From Chiloscyllium plagiosum (taxonomy: Eukaryota): a stretch of 64,000 bases of DNA. Positions 1 to 12,615 of the stretch are shown in pieces. The stretch spans positions 12,898,381 through 12,962,380 of the forward strand of contig NC_057752.1 of assembly GCF_004010195.1 (NCBI RefSeq), in the 5' to 3' direction. Position 1 is the stretch's first letter. Every line of letters begins with the position of its first letter. Below the pieces are notes generated by a model. That model was given only the letters and a program-made list of their open reading frames with translations, was not told the origin of the DNA and made no database searches. The translations under genes were made by a program, and so were the position numbers.

Positions 1-240
1 TTTCAATTTCCCCCATTGACCAACCTGGTCGTACTCTCTACCTGTCTTCACCTATCCCCACCTCACCACCCCGCCCCCGCCACCCCCTTTATCTGCAGCT
101 CCCCCCACACCCACCCCCAGTCCTGAAGGAGGGTTACACCCGAAACATCGAGTTCTCCACCTCCTGATGCTGCTTGGCTTGCTGTGTCCCAGCCTCCTGC
201 CTGTCTACTTGGATTCTAGCATCTGCAGTGTTTTTTGTCC
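1..240 (+). mobile_element. Penelope-like element 3' terminal repeat (pLTR) with degenerate hammerhead motif
   Basis: C-rich tract, then ctgaagga-gggt-tac-accc-gaaac-atc (119-153), then the gatgctgc...ctgtg...cagcatctgcag-type terminus that also follows the PLE RT at 16240-16420. Confidence 0.75.
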
Positions 241-244
241 CTAA

Positions 245-1430
245 TCTTACTCTAGTCATTCTTTTATTCCCGACATACCTATGGAAAGCTTTCCTTGATC
301 CTATCCACCAATGAATTCTCATATCCCCTCCTGGCTCTTTGTAGCTCTCTCTTTAGGTCCTTCCTGGCTAACTTGTAACTGAGCCTTCACGTCTCATCCT
401 AACACAAGCCGCCTTCTTCCTCTTGACAAGAGATTCAACTTCTTTAGTTAACCACGGTTCCCTCGCTTGACCACTTCCTCCCTGCCTGACAGGTCCATTC
501 TTATCAAAGACATGCCGTAACTGTTCCTTGAACAGGCTCCATGTTTCAATTCTTCCCATCCTCTGCAGTTTCCTTCCCCAACTTGTGCATCCTAAATCTT
601 GTCTAATCACATCATAATTGCCTTTCTCTCAGCTGTAACTCTTGCCCTGCGGTATATACCTGTCTCCCTCCATCGCTAAAGTAAACATAACCGAATTGTG
701 ATCACTATTACCAAAGTGCTCACTTACCTCCAAATCTAACACCTGGCCAGGTTCATTACTCAGTACCAAATCCAATGTGGCCTCACTCCTTGTTGGCCAG
801 TCTACATACTATGTCAGAAAACCCTCCTGCACACATTGGACAAAAAGCTCACCCATCTAAAGTGCTCAAATTGTAGCGGTTCCAGTCAATATTTGGAAAG
901 TTAAAGTCCCCCATAACAACTATCCTGTTACTTTCACTCCTATCCAGAATTATCTTTGCTATCCTTTCCTGTACATCCCTAGAACTATTTGGAAGCCGAT
1001 AGAAAACTCCCAACAGGGTGACCTCTCCTTTCCTGTTTCTAACCTTAGCCCATGCTACCTCTGTAGATGAGTCCTGAAACGTCCTTTCTGCCACTGTAAT
1101 ACTGTCCTTGACTAACAGTGCCCCGCTTCCCCCTCTTTTACCACCTTCCCTGATCTTACTGAAACATCTGAACTCCGGACCCTGCAACAACCATTCCTGT
1201 TCCTTCTCTATCCACGCCACAACAAGAAAGTTCCAAGTACCAACCCATGCTGCAAGTTCACCCACCATATTCTGGATGCTCCTGGCATTGAAGTAGACAA
1301 AATTCAAAACCACCTTCCTGCTTGCCGGTACACTCCTGTGACCTTGAAACGTTATTCATGACCTCACTACTGTCAACCTCCTGTGCACTGGAGCTACAAT
1401 TCAGGTTCCCATTCCTCTGCTAAATTAGTT
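245..1430 (-). mobile_element. CR1/HER1-type LINE fragment, ORF2 AP-endonuclease region (pseudogenised)
   Basis: ORF 849-1313 gives YFNARSI, LGVFYRLPNS and IVVMGDFNFPNIDW; ORF 368-610 gives EPWLTKEV; the frame is broken between them. Confidence 0.9.
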
Positions 1431-1439
1431 TAAATTTTC

Positions 1440-1720
1440 AATCATTTATACTTCTTGTTAGCGTATTAGCCAGGATTCATCTCTCTTAACTTATCAGCAA
1501 TCTCTTTTTGTTTGCTGATCCCTTTCACCCCTCTCCCTGGGCTCTATCTCCATGTACTCTACTAAGTCCCCACTCCATGATCAGCATAAATATTACCCAT
1601 ACCAAGTTAACTTCAGTTCTAAAGAAGGCTCACTGGACCTGAAACATTAACTCTGTTTCTCTCTCCACAGATGCTGCGAGATGTGCTGTGTTTCTCCAGC
1701 TGTTTCTGTTTTAATATTCC
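1440..1720 (+). mobile_element. Decayed PLE terminal repeat
   Basis: ttctaaagaaggctcactggacctgaaacattaactctgtttctctctccacagatgctg resembles 16558-16620. Confidence 0.65.
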
Positions 1721-2310
1721 TATTTGTCTGATCAGCAGCACACCATTTGCCTGATAGATGGACAGCACACACTCTCCCTGGAGGGACACACTCTAAGTTG
1801 GAGAAGTTCCAAGATGTAGAGATTGACACCCCCCACCTTCCTCCAAAGCAATTTGGTTAGGACCTCCCTTCTTAGGGTTTCACATATTTGGAGCAAATCT
1901 TGCCAGTGAGAAGTATTTTCCAGTCAGGACTTGCAAGTTGTATACTGTCTCCATGTCTGAAATACAGCACAGAGACAGACCATTCAGCCTGACCTGTTCA
2001 TGCTACTATTTCTGTTCTACCTGAGTCTCCATCCATCTTTCTTCATTTAAATTTGCCATTGCAACCCTGTACTCCCTTCTTCCTCATCTACTTGTCTGCC
2101 TTCCATTTAGCGTCATGGTCGCATGTTCCACATTCTTGCCATTCTTGGGGTAAAGACACTTCTTTTAGATTCCCTGTTGGATTTCTTGGGGACTCTTACA
2201 TTCTGAACCGGGTCACTTATCAACTACAGTATCGGAGAGGTGCCTGGCCCAGGTATCAGATCACAGAGTTGAGAGTACATTTGGCCACATATTCCTTACC
2301 AATTGAGTAG

Positions 2311-2612
2311 GGGGAGGTGATAGCCGAGTGGTATAATCGCTAGACTATTAATCCAGAGACCCAGATAATGTTCTGGGGATCGGGTTCAAATCCCACCATA
2401 GCAGATGGTGGAATTTGAATTCAATAGAAATCTGGAATTGGGAGTCTAGGGATGACCATGAAATCATTACCAATTGTCAGGAAAACCCCATCTGGTTCAC
2501 TAATGTGTTTTAGGGAAGGAAACCACTGTCCTTACTTGGTCCGGCCCACATGTGACTCCAGACCCACAGAATGCCGTTGACTGTTAGGGATGGGCAATAA
2601 ATGCTGGCCAAT
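2311..2612 (+). mobile_element. tRNA-derived SINE (family B) with 3' tail gggatgggcaataaatgctggcc
   Basis: A-box-like tagccgagtgg, B-box ggttcaaatccc, core ccatctggttcactaatg..agggaaggaa; many other copies in the window. Confidence 0.85.
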
Positions 2613-2824
2613 GAGTGAGTAAAACATGGAATCAGATGATATTGCATTCGTTCCTTTCTCTGCTGGGGTGATAATCTCAAGTTCATCATGAGACAATTGA
2701 CAGCTAAAACATCAAGATAGCACAAGGCAGAGAGGGGATACTGCAAATACCTCAAAAGTAACTTTATGCACCAGGCACCAGCTATGTCCACATAAAGCCT
2801 GTTCCTAACTGCTTTTGTCTCATC

Positions 2825-3140
2825 ACAAAGTCAAGTGGTTATGGGTTTAAGTCCCATTCTAGAGGCATGGGTACAATATCTGGGTTTACATTCCCTGTGC
2901 CAAGCTGAAGGAGTGCTGCCTTTCGTATGAGACATTAAACTGATGTCTCATCTGCCCTCTTTGGTGGAAATCTAGCAGCAAGTTTGTACACAGTAAGCTC
3001 CCACAGATGGTGAGGAGATAGTGAGCAGGTGATCTGTTTCAGTTGTTTGGCCAAAGATACTGGCCTGGAAGCTGAGATGAGAACCCCTGCCCTTCTATGA
3101 CCGAGTGCCATGCAACCTTTTACATCCACTTGAGAGAAAG
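2825..3140. mobile_element. Decayed Deu-domain SINE fragments (SacSINE1/AmnSINE1-like), + then - orientation
   Basis: gggtttaagtccc B-box, gaaggagtgctgcc-tttcgtatgagacattaaac resembling the Deu core; an antisense fragment follows. Confidence 0.55.
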
Positions 3141-3156
3141 GAGTTTAGAGACTTTG

Positions 3157-3520
3157 GGAGACGGTGGTGTCGTGGTAATGTTACTTGGACAAGTAATCCC
3201 ACAGCCTAGTCTAATGTTCCATGGACACAGCTTCAACTCCCACTGTGACAGCTGCTGCAATTTGAATTCATAAATTGCAAATTCAAAGCTCATGATGATC
3301 ATGACAACTATCATCCATTATCAATTGTAATAAAAACCCATCTGGTTCATTCATGTCCATCAGGGAAGGACATATGCCATCCTTACCTGGTCTGACCTAC
3401 ATGTAACTCCAGGCCCTCAGTAATGTGGTTGATTCCTAACTGCCCCCTAAATGCTTAGCAGGACACTCTGTTCAAGGGCAATTAGGGATGGGCAACAAGT
3501 GATATCTAAATCTCATGAAC
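3157..3520 (+). mobile_element. tRNA-derived SINE, family B
   Basis: aaaacccatctggttcattcatgtcc..cagggaagga core and ttagggatgggcaac tail as at 2311-2612. Confidence 0.8.
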
Positions 3521-3589
3521 AAAAAAAAGCTATGCCCAGCAGATGGCCACTGGGGGAGAGGGGGTATCATTGACTAGAAACAGAAATAG

Positions 3590-5182
3590 CCCCAGAAGGC
3601 TGGGAGATAGTAAATGTTGTCCCCTTGTTCAGGAAGGGGAGTAGTCTACAGGAATAGTGCCAGAAGACTGGGATGTAGTAAATGTTGTTCCGTTGTTCAA
3701 GAAGGGGAGTAGAGACAACCCTGGTAATTATAGACCAGTAAGCCTTACTTTGGTTGTGGGTAAAGTGTTCAGAAGGGTTATATGAGATAGGATTTATAAT
3801 CATCTAGAGAGGAATAAATTGATTAGGGATAGTCAACATTATTTTGTGAAGTTAATAATGATAGTATCACCTGATGAAGTGGCTCCGAAAGCTAGTGTGC
3901 TTCCAATTAAACCTGTTGGACTATAACCTGGTGTTGTGTGATTATTAACTTTGTACACCCCAGTCCAACACCGGCATCTCCAAATCATTATTTTGTGAAG
4001 GATAGGTTGTACCTCACAAACCTTATGAGGTACTTTGAGATTGTGACCAAACAGGTGGATGAGGGTAAAGCAGTTGATGTGGTGTATATGGATTTCAGTA
4101 AAGCATTTGACAAGATTCCCCTTAGTAGGCTATTGCACAAAATGCGGGATTGAGGGTGATTTAGCAGTTTGGATCAGAAATTGGCTAGCTGAAAGAAGAC
4201 AGAGGGTGGTGGTTGATAGGAAATGTTCATCCTGGAGTTCAGTTAGTAGTGGTATACTGCAAGGATCTGTTTTGGGTCCACTGCAGTTTGTCATTTTTAT
4301 AAATGACCTAGATGAGAGTGTAGAAGAATGTGTTAGTAAAGTTGTGGACAGTGCTGAAGGTTACAGAGGGACATAGATAAGTTGCAGAGCTGGGCTGAGA
4401 GGTAGCAAATGGAGTTTAATGCGGAAAAGTGTGAGGTGATTTACTTTGGAAGGAGCAACAGGAATAAGGAGTACTGGGCTAATAGTAAGATTCTTGGTAG
4501 TGTAAATGAACAGAGAGATCTCGGTGTCCATGTGCATAGATCCCTGAAAGTTGCCACCTAGGTTGATAGGGTTGTTAAGAAGGCGTGTGGGTGTGTTAGC
4601 TTTTATTGGTGGAGGGCTTGAGTTTCAGAGCCATGAGGTCATGTTGCAGCTGTACAAAAACTCTGGTGCAGTCGCACTTGGAGTATTGCGTACAGTTCTG
4701 GTCACCGCATTATAAGGAGGATGAGGAAGCTTTGGAAAGGGTTCAGAGGAGATTTACTTGGATATTGCCTGGTATGGAGGGAAGGTCTTACGAAGAAAGG
4801 TTGAGGGACTTGAGGCTGTTTTCGTTAGAGAGAAGGTCGAGAGGTGACTTAATTGAGACATATAAGATAATCAGAGGGTTAGATAGGGTGGACAGTGAGA
4901 GCCTTTTTCCTTGGATGGTGATGGATAGCACGAGGGGTGATAGATATAGGACAGCTGGCAGAGGTAGGTTCTTTACTCAGAGAGTAGTAGGGGCATGGAA
5001 TACACTGCCTACAACAGTAGTAGACTCGCCAACTTTACGGGCATTTAAATGGTTATTGGATAGGCACATGGACGAGAATGGAATAGTGTAGGATTAATGG
5101 GCTTCAGATTGGTTCCACAGTTTGGTGCAACATCAAGGGCCAAAGGGCCTGTATTGCGCTGTTATGTTCTATGTTCTATGTT
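3590..5182 (+). mobile_element. 5'-truncated CR1/HER1 LINE (RT to 3' end), interrupted by a PLE mini-insertion
   Basis: VDVVYMDFSKAFDK, QGSVLGP.LF.IFINDL, HLEYCVQFWSP; (tatgttc)n tail at 5163-5181; multiple stops. Confidence 0.92.
3852..3985 (+). mobile_element. 134-bp PLE-derived mini-insertion with hammerhead motif and 15-bp TSD
   Basis: TSD cattattttgtgaag at 3837-3851 and 3986-4000; cac-ctgatga...gaaa-gcta-gtg at 3868-3897. Confidence 0.85.
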
Positions 5183-5264
5183 AAACTGAACTGGGCTAGT
5201 CATACAAAATATTGCGGCTGCAAGAACATGTCAAAGGCTAGGAACCTTTCAAAAATGCAATTGC

Positions 5265-5815
5265 TTTTATTAATTTATAGGATGTTAGCTGGTTCAGCAT
5301 TTATTGCCCGTCTCTTGTTGCCCCTTGTGAAGGTGGTGGTGAGCTGCCTTTTTGAACCACTTCAGTCCATGTACTGTAGGTTGACCCACAATGTTGTAAA
5401 GGAGGGAGTTCCAGGATTTTGATCCAATGACACTGAACAACAGCAATATATTTCCAACTCAGGATGGTGGGTGGCTTGGAGGGGAACTTGCAGGGGTGAT
5501 ATTCCTATGTGTCTGCTTCCTTGTCCTTGTAGATGGATGTGGTTGTGGGTTTGGAAAGTGCTGTCTCAGAATTTTTGGTGAATTTCTGCAGTGCATCTTG
5601 TGGATAGTACACACTGCTGCTACTGAGCATCAGTGGGGGAAGGAGTGGATGCTTGTGGATGTGGGGCCAATCAAGTGGGCTGCTTTGTCCTTGATGGTGT
5701 CAAACTTCTTGAGTGTTATTGGAGCTCCCAGGCAAGTGGAGAGTATTCCATCACACTTCTGACGTTTGTAGATGGTGGACAGTCTTTGGGGCGTCAGGAG
5801 ATGAGCTACTCACTG
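5265..5815 (-). mobile_element. 3' fragment of a second CR1/L2-group LINE (family C)
   Basis: Homologous to 17450-18005; its 3' tail matches SINE family B. Confidence 0.8.
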
Positions 5816-6264
5816 CTATTTGTTTTGTGCCAACCCTGCTCCCCGTGACAAAAAGTAGGCAATGCAGAGAGTGGGGCATGAAGAGAAACAATCTGTAGCA
5901 ATCATAATCTTAAATGGAACTGGTAGGATTAACATGCACAGTGATGATAAAAATGTATTGTCAAGTTACAGTAGCCTACTTTAAGGATGTCTTGGAGTGG
6001 CATTTGTCTATGAGGCTCCTATCCACTACGAAGGAACCGATCTTGTAATACTTTATCATTACCTTCAGGGCTTTACAAAGCTCTTCGTAATGGTTGAATT
6101 AGCTAGGTTAACAAGCATAGCCGATAGCTGTTAATGACAAAGAATCTCAGTCATGCGTGGAGAAACTATACACATAGGAGAACGACTCGAAAATGCCTTC
6201 TCAGTCTGGCTTTGAAATGTAGACTACTTTGTTCCAGGGAGGAAGTTAATAGTGGCACTACAAT

Positions 6265-7350
6265 TATTGCGTTCAATTCTGGTCACCACATTACAGGAAA
6301 GGTGTGTAGGCTTTGGAGAGGGTGAAGAGAAGGTTTACCAGGATGCTGCCTGAATCAGAGGGTATGACTTATAAGGAGAGGCTAGAAAAACTTGGGTTGT
6401 TTTCTCTGGAGCAGTGGAGGCTAAGGGGAAACTTGATAGACATCTATAAAGACTTGAAAGACTCTATACAGACAACAACCAAAACTAATGTAATTTACAA
6501 AATACCGTGCAAGAACTGTAACAAACACTACATTGGACAAACAGGCAGAAAACTAGCCATCAGGACATGAACACCAAATAGCCACAAAAAGACATGACTG
6601 TCTCTCACTAATGTCCTTACATACAGATAAGGAAGGACACGACTTCGATTGGGACAACACATCCATCCTAGGACAAGCCAAACAAAGACACGCATGAGAA
6701 TTCCTAGAAGCATGGTATTCAACCGGAACTCTCTCAATAAACACATCGAGTGAGACCCATCTACCACCCCCTGAGAAAAAGAACAGGAAGTGACATCACC
6801 AATCCAAAGAAACCAAAACATATAAATAGAAAGCAAGAATTTTCAGCATTGCTTTGCCTGAGGCCCACTGAAGATGTTACCTAGTAGGGTGATGAAACAT
6901 CTGGAAATGAACCTTCCAGCTCAGTGAGCAAACCTACTTCCAAAACCTCAACCTGAGCTATAAATCTTCTCAAAACCTGCTGAGACATCTATAAAATTAT
7001 GAGATGCATAGATAGGGTTGATGGTCTCAATCTTTTTCCCAGAGGTAAAATGTCTAAAACTATGGGCATGCGTTTAATGTGAGAGGGGGAAAGTTCAAAG
7101 GAGATGTGAGGGGCACGCTTTTTGCACAGAGCGTGCGAGAAGTATAGAACGGACTGCCAGGGGTGGTGGAGGAGGAGGCAGATATGATAGGGTCATTTCA
7201 GAGTCTTTTAGATAAGCACATGAAAATGCAAGGAATGCAGGGATGTTGGCCAAGGGCAGGCAGAAGGGATTAGTTGAACTTGGCATCATGTTTGGTACAA
7301 CATCGTGGGCCAAAGGGCCTGTCCCTGTGCTGTACTGTTCTATGTTCTAC
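6265..7350 (+). mobile_element. CR1/HER1 LINE 3' fragment interrupted by a PLE
   Basis: ERVKRRFTRMLP..YKERLEKLGLFSLE..RLRGNLI; resumes after 6995; tail ctgttctatgttcta. Confidence 0.88.
6451..6982 (+). mobile_element. 5'-truncated Penelope-like element: GIY-YIG endonuclease relic plus pLTR with hammerhead
   Basis: NVIYKIPCKNCNKHYIGQTGRKLAIR (GIY-YIG); cca-ctgaaga...gaaa-catc-tgg at 6865-6904; TSD agacatctataaa at 6438-6450 and 6983-6995. Confidence 0.9.
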
Positions 7351-7738
7351 TGGAATCTTGCAAGGATGCCTACCTTGAAGAAGTTCTCCTCTCTCTACAA
7401 AGATTTCAGTGAGTCTCTTTCTCACTGTAACCCCCAGGTCATCTCCTCTCCCTTGCAGCACCGTCCTCGTGACCTGACCCACCTGTCAATCTTCCTTCCC
7501 ACCTATCTGCTCCACCCTACCCTCTGACTTATCACCTTTACCCCCACCTCCATCCACCTATTGCACTCTTGGCTACCTTCTCCCCAGCCCCACACCCCTC
7601 CCATTTATTTCTCCACCTCGGAGGCTCCCAGCCTCATTCCTGATGAAGGGCTTTTGCCTGAAATGTTGATTCTCCTGCTCCTTGGGTGCTGCCTGACCTG
7701 CTGTGCTTTTCCAGCACCACTCTGATCTTGAATCTGGT
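7351..7738 (+). mobile_element. PLE 3' fragment/pLTR with hammerhead motif
   Basis: attc-ctgatga-agggc-tttt-gcct-gaaa at 7636-7663; same terminus as 16240-16420. Confidence 0.8.
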
Positions 7739-8377
7739 GGGAACACAGCTAAGCTTGATAAGTCCCCGTTTAAAATATTCAGCTGCAGAGTGGGAACAAG
7801 GTTTCTCAAATGATCAGGATCTGTGTTGAGAATGATTTACATTTCCTTGTCTAGTTTGAAGCTGAACTTACACTCCGTCCCATTTGCTCAGGTTCTTATC
7901 ATGGACATTTGTGAAAAGATGATAGGGGCAATTGTACAACCTCACAGTCATGTGATGCTTCACTCACCATAAGTTCTTGACTACCTCTTGACCTTTTAAA
8001 ACCCAAGGTTTGCAGTAAAATGTAGATTTTCACATGAATTTTGGGTAACAGTCAATGTTATGTTGCTATATCAAGTTTTTTTGTGAATTTGTTTTATGTG
8101 GAATAATTCTCAGTGTCAGTTGTGGAATCTTGAGGCTTGCGCAGGAATGGAGTAGGTTGATGCCTGTGCATTTCTATACTCCGCTCCATCACCGTTGGTC
8201 AGAGTGGAAGTTGTCATGCATATATTCATCTTGAAAAATGTAACCCCCAGATATCTATAAGTTCAACTTGAATTTTCTCAGGTTATGAGGAGGCTTAAGT
8301 TCAGATCCAAAATGATTGGACAACAAATTCTCCCTCTCACGTCCCTACCCAATGAAGTGTTGAAGCAGCTGGGATCA

Positions 8378-8512
8378 GGGGAGAGAAAAGAGAGCAGAAA
8401 GGTGGAGACAGAGGAATGAGAGACAAAGAGGAGATAGAGAGGGGAAAAGGAGATGAGAATAAAGGAGAGACAAAAAAGGAGAGAGTAGGGAGGGCGAAAG
8501 TAAATGGGAGGA
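8378..8512 (+). repeat. Purine-rich (GA) low-complexity tract
   Basis: Almost only G and A over about 130 nt. Confidence 0.8.
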
Positions 8513-8574
8513 CATAAACCCTCGCCCACTCTGAGATTTGTTCCAAATATGAATAAAACAATTTGCCATCTCTG

Positions 8575-8832
8575 GCCCTGAAGAAGGTGGGGGTGAGCTG
8601 CCATCTTGAACCACTGCAGTCCATGTGCTGTGGGTTGACCCACAATGTCCTGAGGGAGGGAATTCCAGGATTTTGACCCAGTGACACTGAAGGAACAGCG
8701 ATATATTTCTAAGTCAGGATGGTGAGGGGCTTGGAGGGGAACGTGCAGGGGGTGGTGTTCCCATTTATCTGCTGCCCTTGTCCTTCTCGATGGAAGTGGT
8801 CATGGGATTTGAAGGTGCTGTGTGAGGATATT
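8575..8832 (-). mobile_element. Family C LINE 3' fragment
   Basis: Matches 5325-5570 and 17510-17740. Confidence 0.8.
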
Positions 8833-9511
8833 TGTCATGTTCAAAGAAACACTAACAGAGGCTTGGAGAAATGGTTAATTAAAAGTGCACATTAAGGTCG
8901 ATCTCATCAGGCAGACCAGAGAGAAAAGCAGGCAGAAATGCACAACAGACTGGGTGCTGATGACTGTGATCAGTGCCAAATATGAGTGCCTGAAGATAAA
9001 CATTGCTTTATGTTGTGTTAAAAGCTGGTGCTTTTCCCCGTGTATTGAGATCCCAGTCTGGAGTGTCTCTGGGCTGTGAGTGACTACGCAGACCCTGTCC
9101 CTGAGATTACTTGCTCCTTATCTCAGGCAAGACTCTCCAATTCTTAACGTGCTGGAACACTCCTTTATACACAGTAGATTCTCAAATACAGCTCCCTAGT
9201 GTGGTGCCTAAGACTTCTTTCCTCACACAGTCATTCCAGACTGGTGTCCTCTCCCTCTCACTGATGTCAGAATCATGCGATCATGTGATTGACATTCTTA
9301 TTAGCCCATAGATATCTCCTCCTTTCTTTCCACTTATGAAGCTAGGTTGTCCCTTTGAGAGATAGCATTCTGAGAGTGAGCCCCAAACCAGCTCGAGGCT
9401 GAGCCCAATGCCCATCTAACTTCGTGTTCAAACTGACAGAAGAAATTGCTTCGGAATGGGAAATACAATGAATAAGTAAAAGTGTATAAAATGTTGAAAG
9501 TGGCGGTAAGA

Positions 9512-9975
9512 CATAGAGTCATAGAGATGGACAGCACAGAAACAGACCCTTCAGTCTAACTCATCCATGTCGACCAGATCCTAAACTAATCCAGTCCCAT
9601 TTGCCAGCACTTGGCCCGTATCCCTCTAAGCCCTTCCCATTCATGTCCCCATCCACATTGTACCAGCCTCTACCACTTCCTCTTCCATACGTGTACCACC
9701 CTCTGCATGAAAAGGTTGCCCCTTAGGTCCCTTTTAAATCTTTTCCCCTCTCACCCTAAACTTATTCCCTCTAGTTCTAGACTCCCCATCTCAGGGAAAA
9801 GACCTTGTCTATTCACCCTATCCATGTCCCTCGTGATTTTATAAACCTCTATAAGGTCACCCCTCAGCCTCCGACGCTCCAGGGAAAACAACCCCAGCCT
9901 ATTCAGCCTCTTCCTATAGCCCAAACCCTCCAACACTGGCAACATCCTCATCAATCTTTTCTGCACCGTTTCAAG
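9512..9975 (-). mobile_element. CR1/HER1 LINE 3' end
   Basis: ORF 9751-10008 LETVQKRLMRMLP..LGLFSLERRRLRGDLIEVYKI; catagagtcataga tail. Confidence 0.9.
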
Positions 9976-10504
9976 TCCTGACAAGTCCTTAATTGATTGG
10001 TTTGTCAAAAAGGCAGACCTTAAATCTTAGTGATTTGACGTGCTTTTATTTGAGTTACAAATCCACGACTCGGGCCAACCTCCAGTAAAGTTTAAAAAAA
10101 GAGCACAAGGCTAGTTCACTTCTCCCAGAGTGAGTGCCATCTTGATTCATTCCTGAAGTAGGGTTGAGAATGCAAGTGAAGCGAAAGACAATCTGAAAAC
10201 ACGCCTTTGGCATGGAGCGAGACAATTATCTGTCAGCTAAACAGCTTTGATTTAATCTTCCTTGCAAAATTGCAGAACGCAGAGCAACTTGATTAAATGC
10301 TTGCAGAACAGGGAAATTCTGAATAGGCACAGGAGAAGCTGAGCATCCTACTTGATGCAAATAGAGGTTTTCAGAAGTACATTCTCCTTCTGAATTGCTT
10401 GTGTATTGTCGACACTCAATGACCAATATTGTGGTTCCTTCACTTCCATAATTAAAGAGTTCCAGACCAGAGGTGGAGATTCTGAGGAAACCTAATAAAG
10501 TCAG

Positions 10505-10870
10505 CTATTCAATCTGAGTTGAAAGGATTTCAGGCTCACTCCAGAACTTAATGTTATCTCGGCTAATGGTGTTGTACTGAGACAATAACCTTTTTGTTCT
10601 GGGCTGTAGACGGTGAGACATGCACCTTTCACCCCCCCGCCATTATATTGCAAAGATTAGTGAGTTTTCCTTGTGTGCGCGCTGACATTAATCTCCCAAA
10701 AACAACAGATTAACAGGCCATTCATCTTGTTTGCTCTTTGTTGGAGCTCTCTGTGTTCAAAATGGCTGTCTCCTATATCTAACAATAGCGACTGTGCTCG
10801 AGAAAAGGCTGCAAAACATTTTGTGATGTTCTGAGGATGCGAACGGTGCTATATAAATGCAGTTCTTGCA
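10505..10870 (+). mobile_element. Decayed Deu-domain SINE with L2-type tail
   Basis: aacagattaacaggccatt..tttgttggagctctctgtg..ggtgctatataaatgcagtt. Confidence 0.55.
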
Positions 10871-11127
10871 ATCAAGCCAGGCCTGTAAGAGGTGAGAGAA
10901 GTCCAGCCAATTGCTGAGCCGGGGAGACATGTTGAAAATTACTCCACTTGAGACTATAAAGGGAATTGTGCCAACTGTCATAATGCATTTGTGAAATAAT
11001 CAGGTCAGACGTTGAAGCAAATAATAACACTGGATTTCAGAGGCAATTGGATGCATTTCCAAAAGATCAAACAGATCTGTCAGAACAGAACCAGCTTGTT
11101 CAACATCATAAAAACAAAATGCTGTGG

Positions 11128-12478
11128 ATGCTTACTTCGGGTGTGGGTAAAGTGTTGGAAAATGTTATAAGAGATAGGACTTATAATTTTTTCGATAGGA
11201 ATAAGTTGATTAGGGATAGTCAACACGGTTTTGTGAAGGGTCGGTCGTGCCTCACAAACCTTATTCAGTTCTTTGAGATGGTGACCAAACAGGTGGATGA
11301 GGGTAAAGCAGTTGATGTGGTGTATGTGGATTTCAGTAAATCATTTGATCAAGTTCCCCATGATAGGCTACTGCACAAAATACAGAGGCATGGGATTGAG
11401 GGTGATTTAGTGGTTTGGATCAGAAATTGGCTAGGTGAAAGAAGACAGAGGGCGGTGGTTGATGGGAAATGTTCATCCTGGAGTTCAGTTACTAGTGGTG
11501 TACTGCAAGAATCTGTTTTGGGGCCATGCAGTTCGTCATTTTAATAAATGATCTAGTTGAGGGCGTAGAAGGATGTGTTAGTAAATTTTGCAGATGACAC
11601 TAAGGTCGGTGGAGTTGTGAACAGTGCGGAAGGATGTTGTACGTTACAAAGGGACATAGATAAGCTGCAGAGCTGGGCTGAGAGGTGGCAAATGGAGTTT
11701 AATGCAGAAAAGTGTGAGATGATTCACTTTGGAAGGAGTAATAGGAATGCAGAGCACTGGGCTAATAGTAAGATTCTTGGTAGCGTAGATGAATAGAGAG
11801 ATCCCTGTGTCCATATACATAGATCCCTGAAAGTTGCCACCCAGGTTGATCGGGCTGTTAAGAAGGCATATGGTATGTTAGCTTTTATTGGTAGAGGGAC
11901 TGAATTTCAGAGCCACGAGGTCATGCTGCAGCTATACAAAACTCTGGTGTGACCGCACTTGGAGTACTGTGTATAGTTCTGGTCACCACATTATAGGAAG
12001 GATGTGGAAGCATTGGAAAGGGTTAGAGGAGATTTACTAAGATGCTGCCTGGAATGGAGGGAAGGTCTTAGGAGGAAAGGTTGAGGGATCTGAGGCTGTT
12101 TTCGTTAGAGAGAAGAAGGTTGAGAGATGACTTAATTGAGACTTAAGATAATCAGAGGGTTAGATAGGGTGGACAGTGAGAGCCTTTTTCCTCTGATAGT
12201 GATGGATAGTACGAGGGGAGATAGCTTGAAATTGAGGGGTGATAGATAAAGGACAGATGTCAGATGTAGGTTCTTTGCTCAGAGTAGTAGCGGCATGAAA
12301 CGCCCTGCCTACAACAGTAGTAGACTCGCCAACTTTTAGGGCATTTAAATGGACATTGGATAGGCATATGGATGAGAATGGAATAGTGTAGGTTAGATGG
12401 GCTTCAGATTGGTTTCACAGGTCGGCACAACATCGAGGGTCGAAGGGCCTGTACTGTGCTGTAATGTTTCACGTTCTC
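11128..12478 (+). mobile_element. 5'-truncated CR1/HER1 LINE (RT to 3' end)
   Basis: SQHGFVKGRSCLTNLIQFF, FADDTKVGG, WQMEFNAEKC; close relative of 3590-5182. Confidence 0.93.
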
Positions 12479-12484
12479 TGCTGG

Positions 12485-12615
12485 AGTTCTGCAGCAAGCA
12501 TAAACGGAAATTGCTCGAGAAACTCAGTGAAAAGTCATATTGGAGTTGAAACATGAATTCGGTTTCCATCTCCACAGACTTGCAGAGTTTCTCAAGCACT
12601 TTCTGTTTTGATTTA
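12485..12615. mobile_element. Old inverted PLE mini-relic
   Basis: ggaaattgctcgagaaactc versus gagtttctcaagcactttc inverted arms around a decayed gaaaagtcatattggagttgaaacat motif. Confidence 0.5.

Noticed and set aside
2626..2691. AFVPFSAG resembling the cytochrome P450 heme-motif start
   Set aside because: No upstream PERF-like sequence, a weak donor site, an early stop, and no other P450 exons in the window.
5986..6134. Open frame GCLGVAFVYEAPIHYEGTDLVILYHYLQGFTKLF, phase-compatible with the 1736 candidate exon
   Set aside because: Weak acceptor, ambiguous donor and no recognised homology.
3938..12300. RT-like ORFs as functional genes
   Set aside because: They are 5'-truncated CR1 copies with stops and frameshifts; the same holds for 56853-57977 and similar ORFs.
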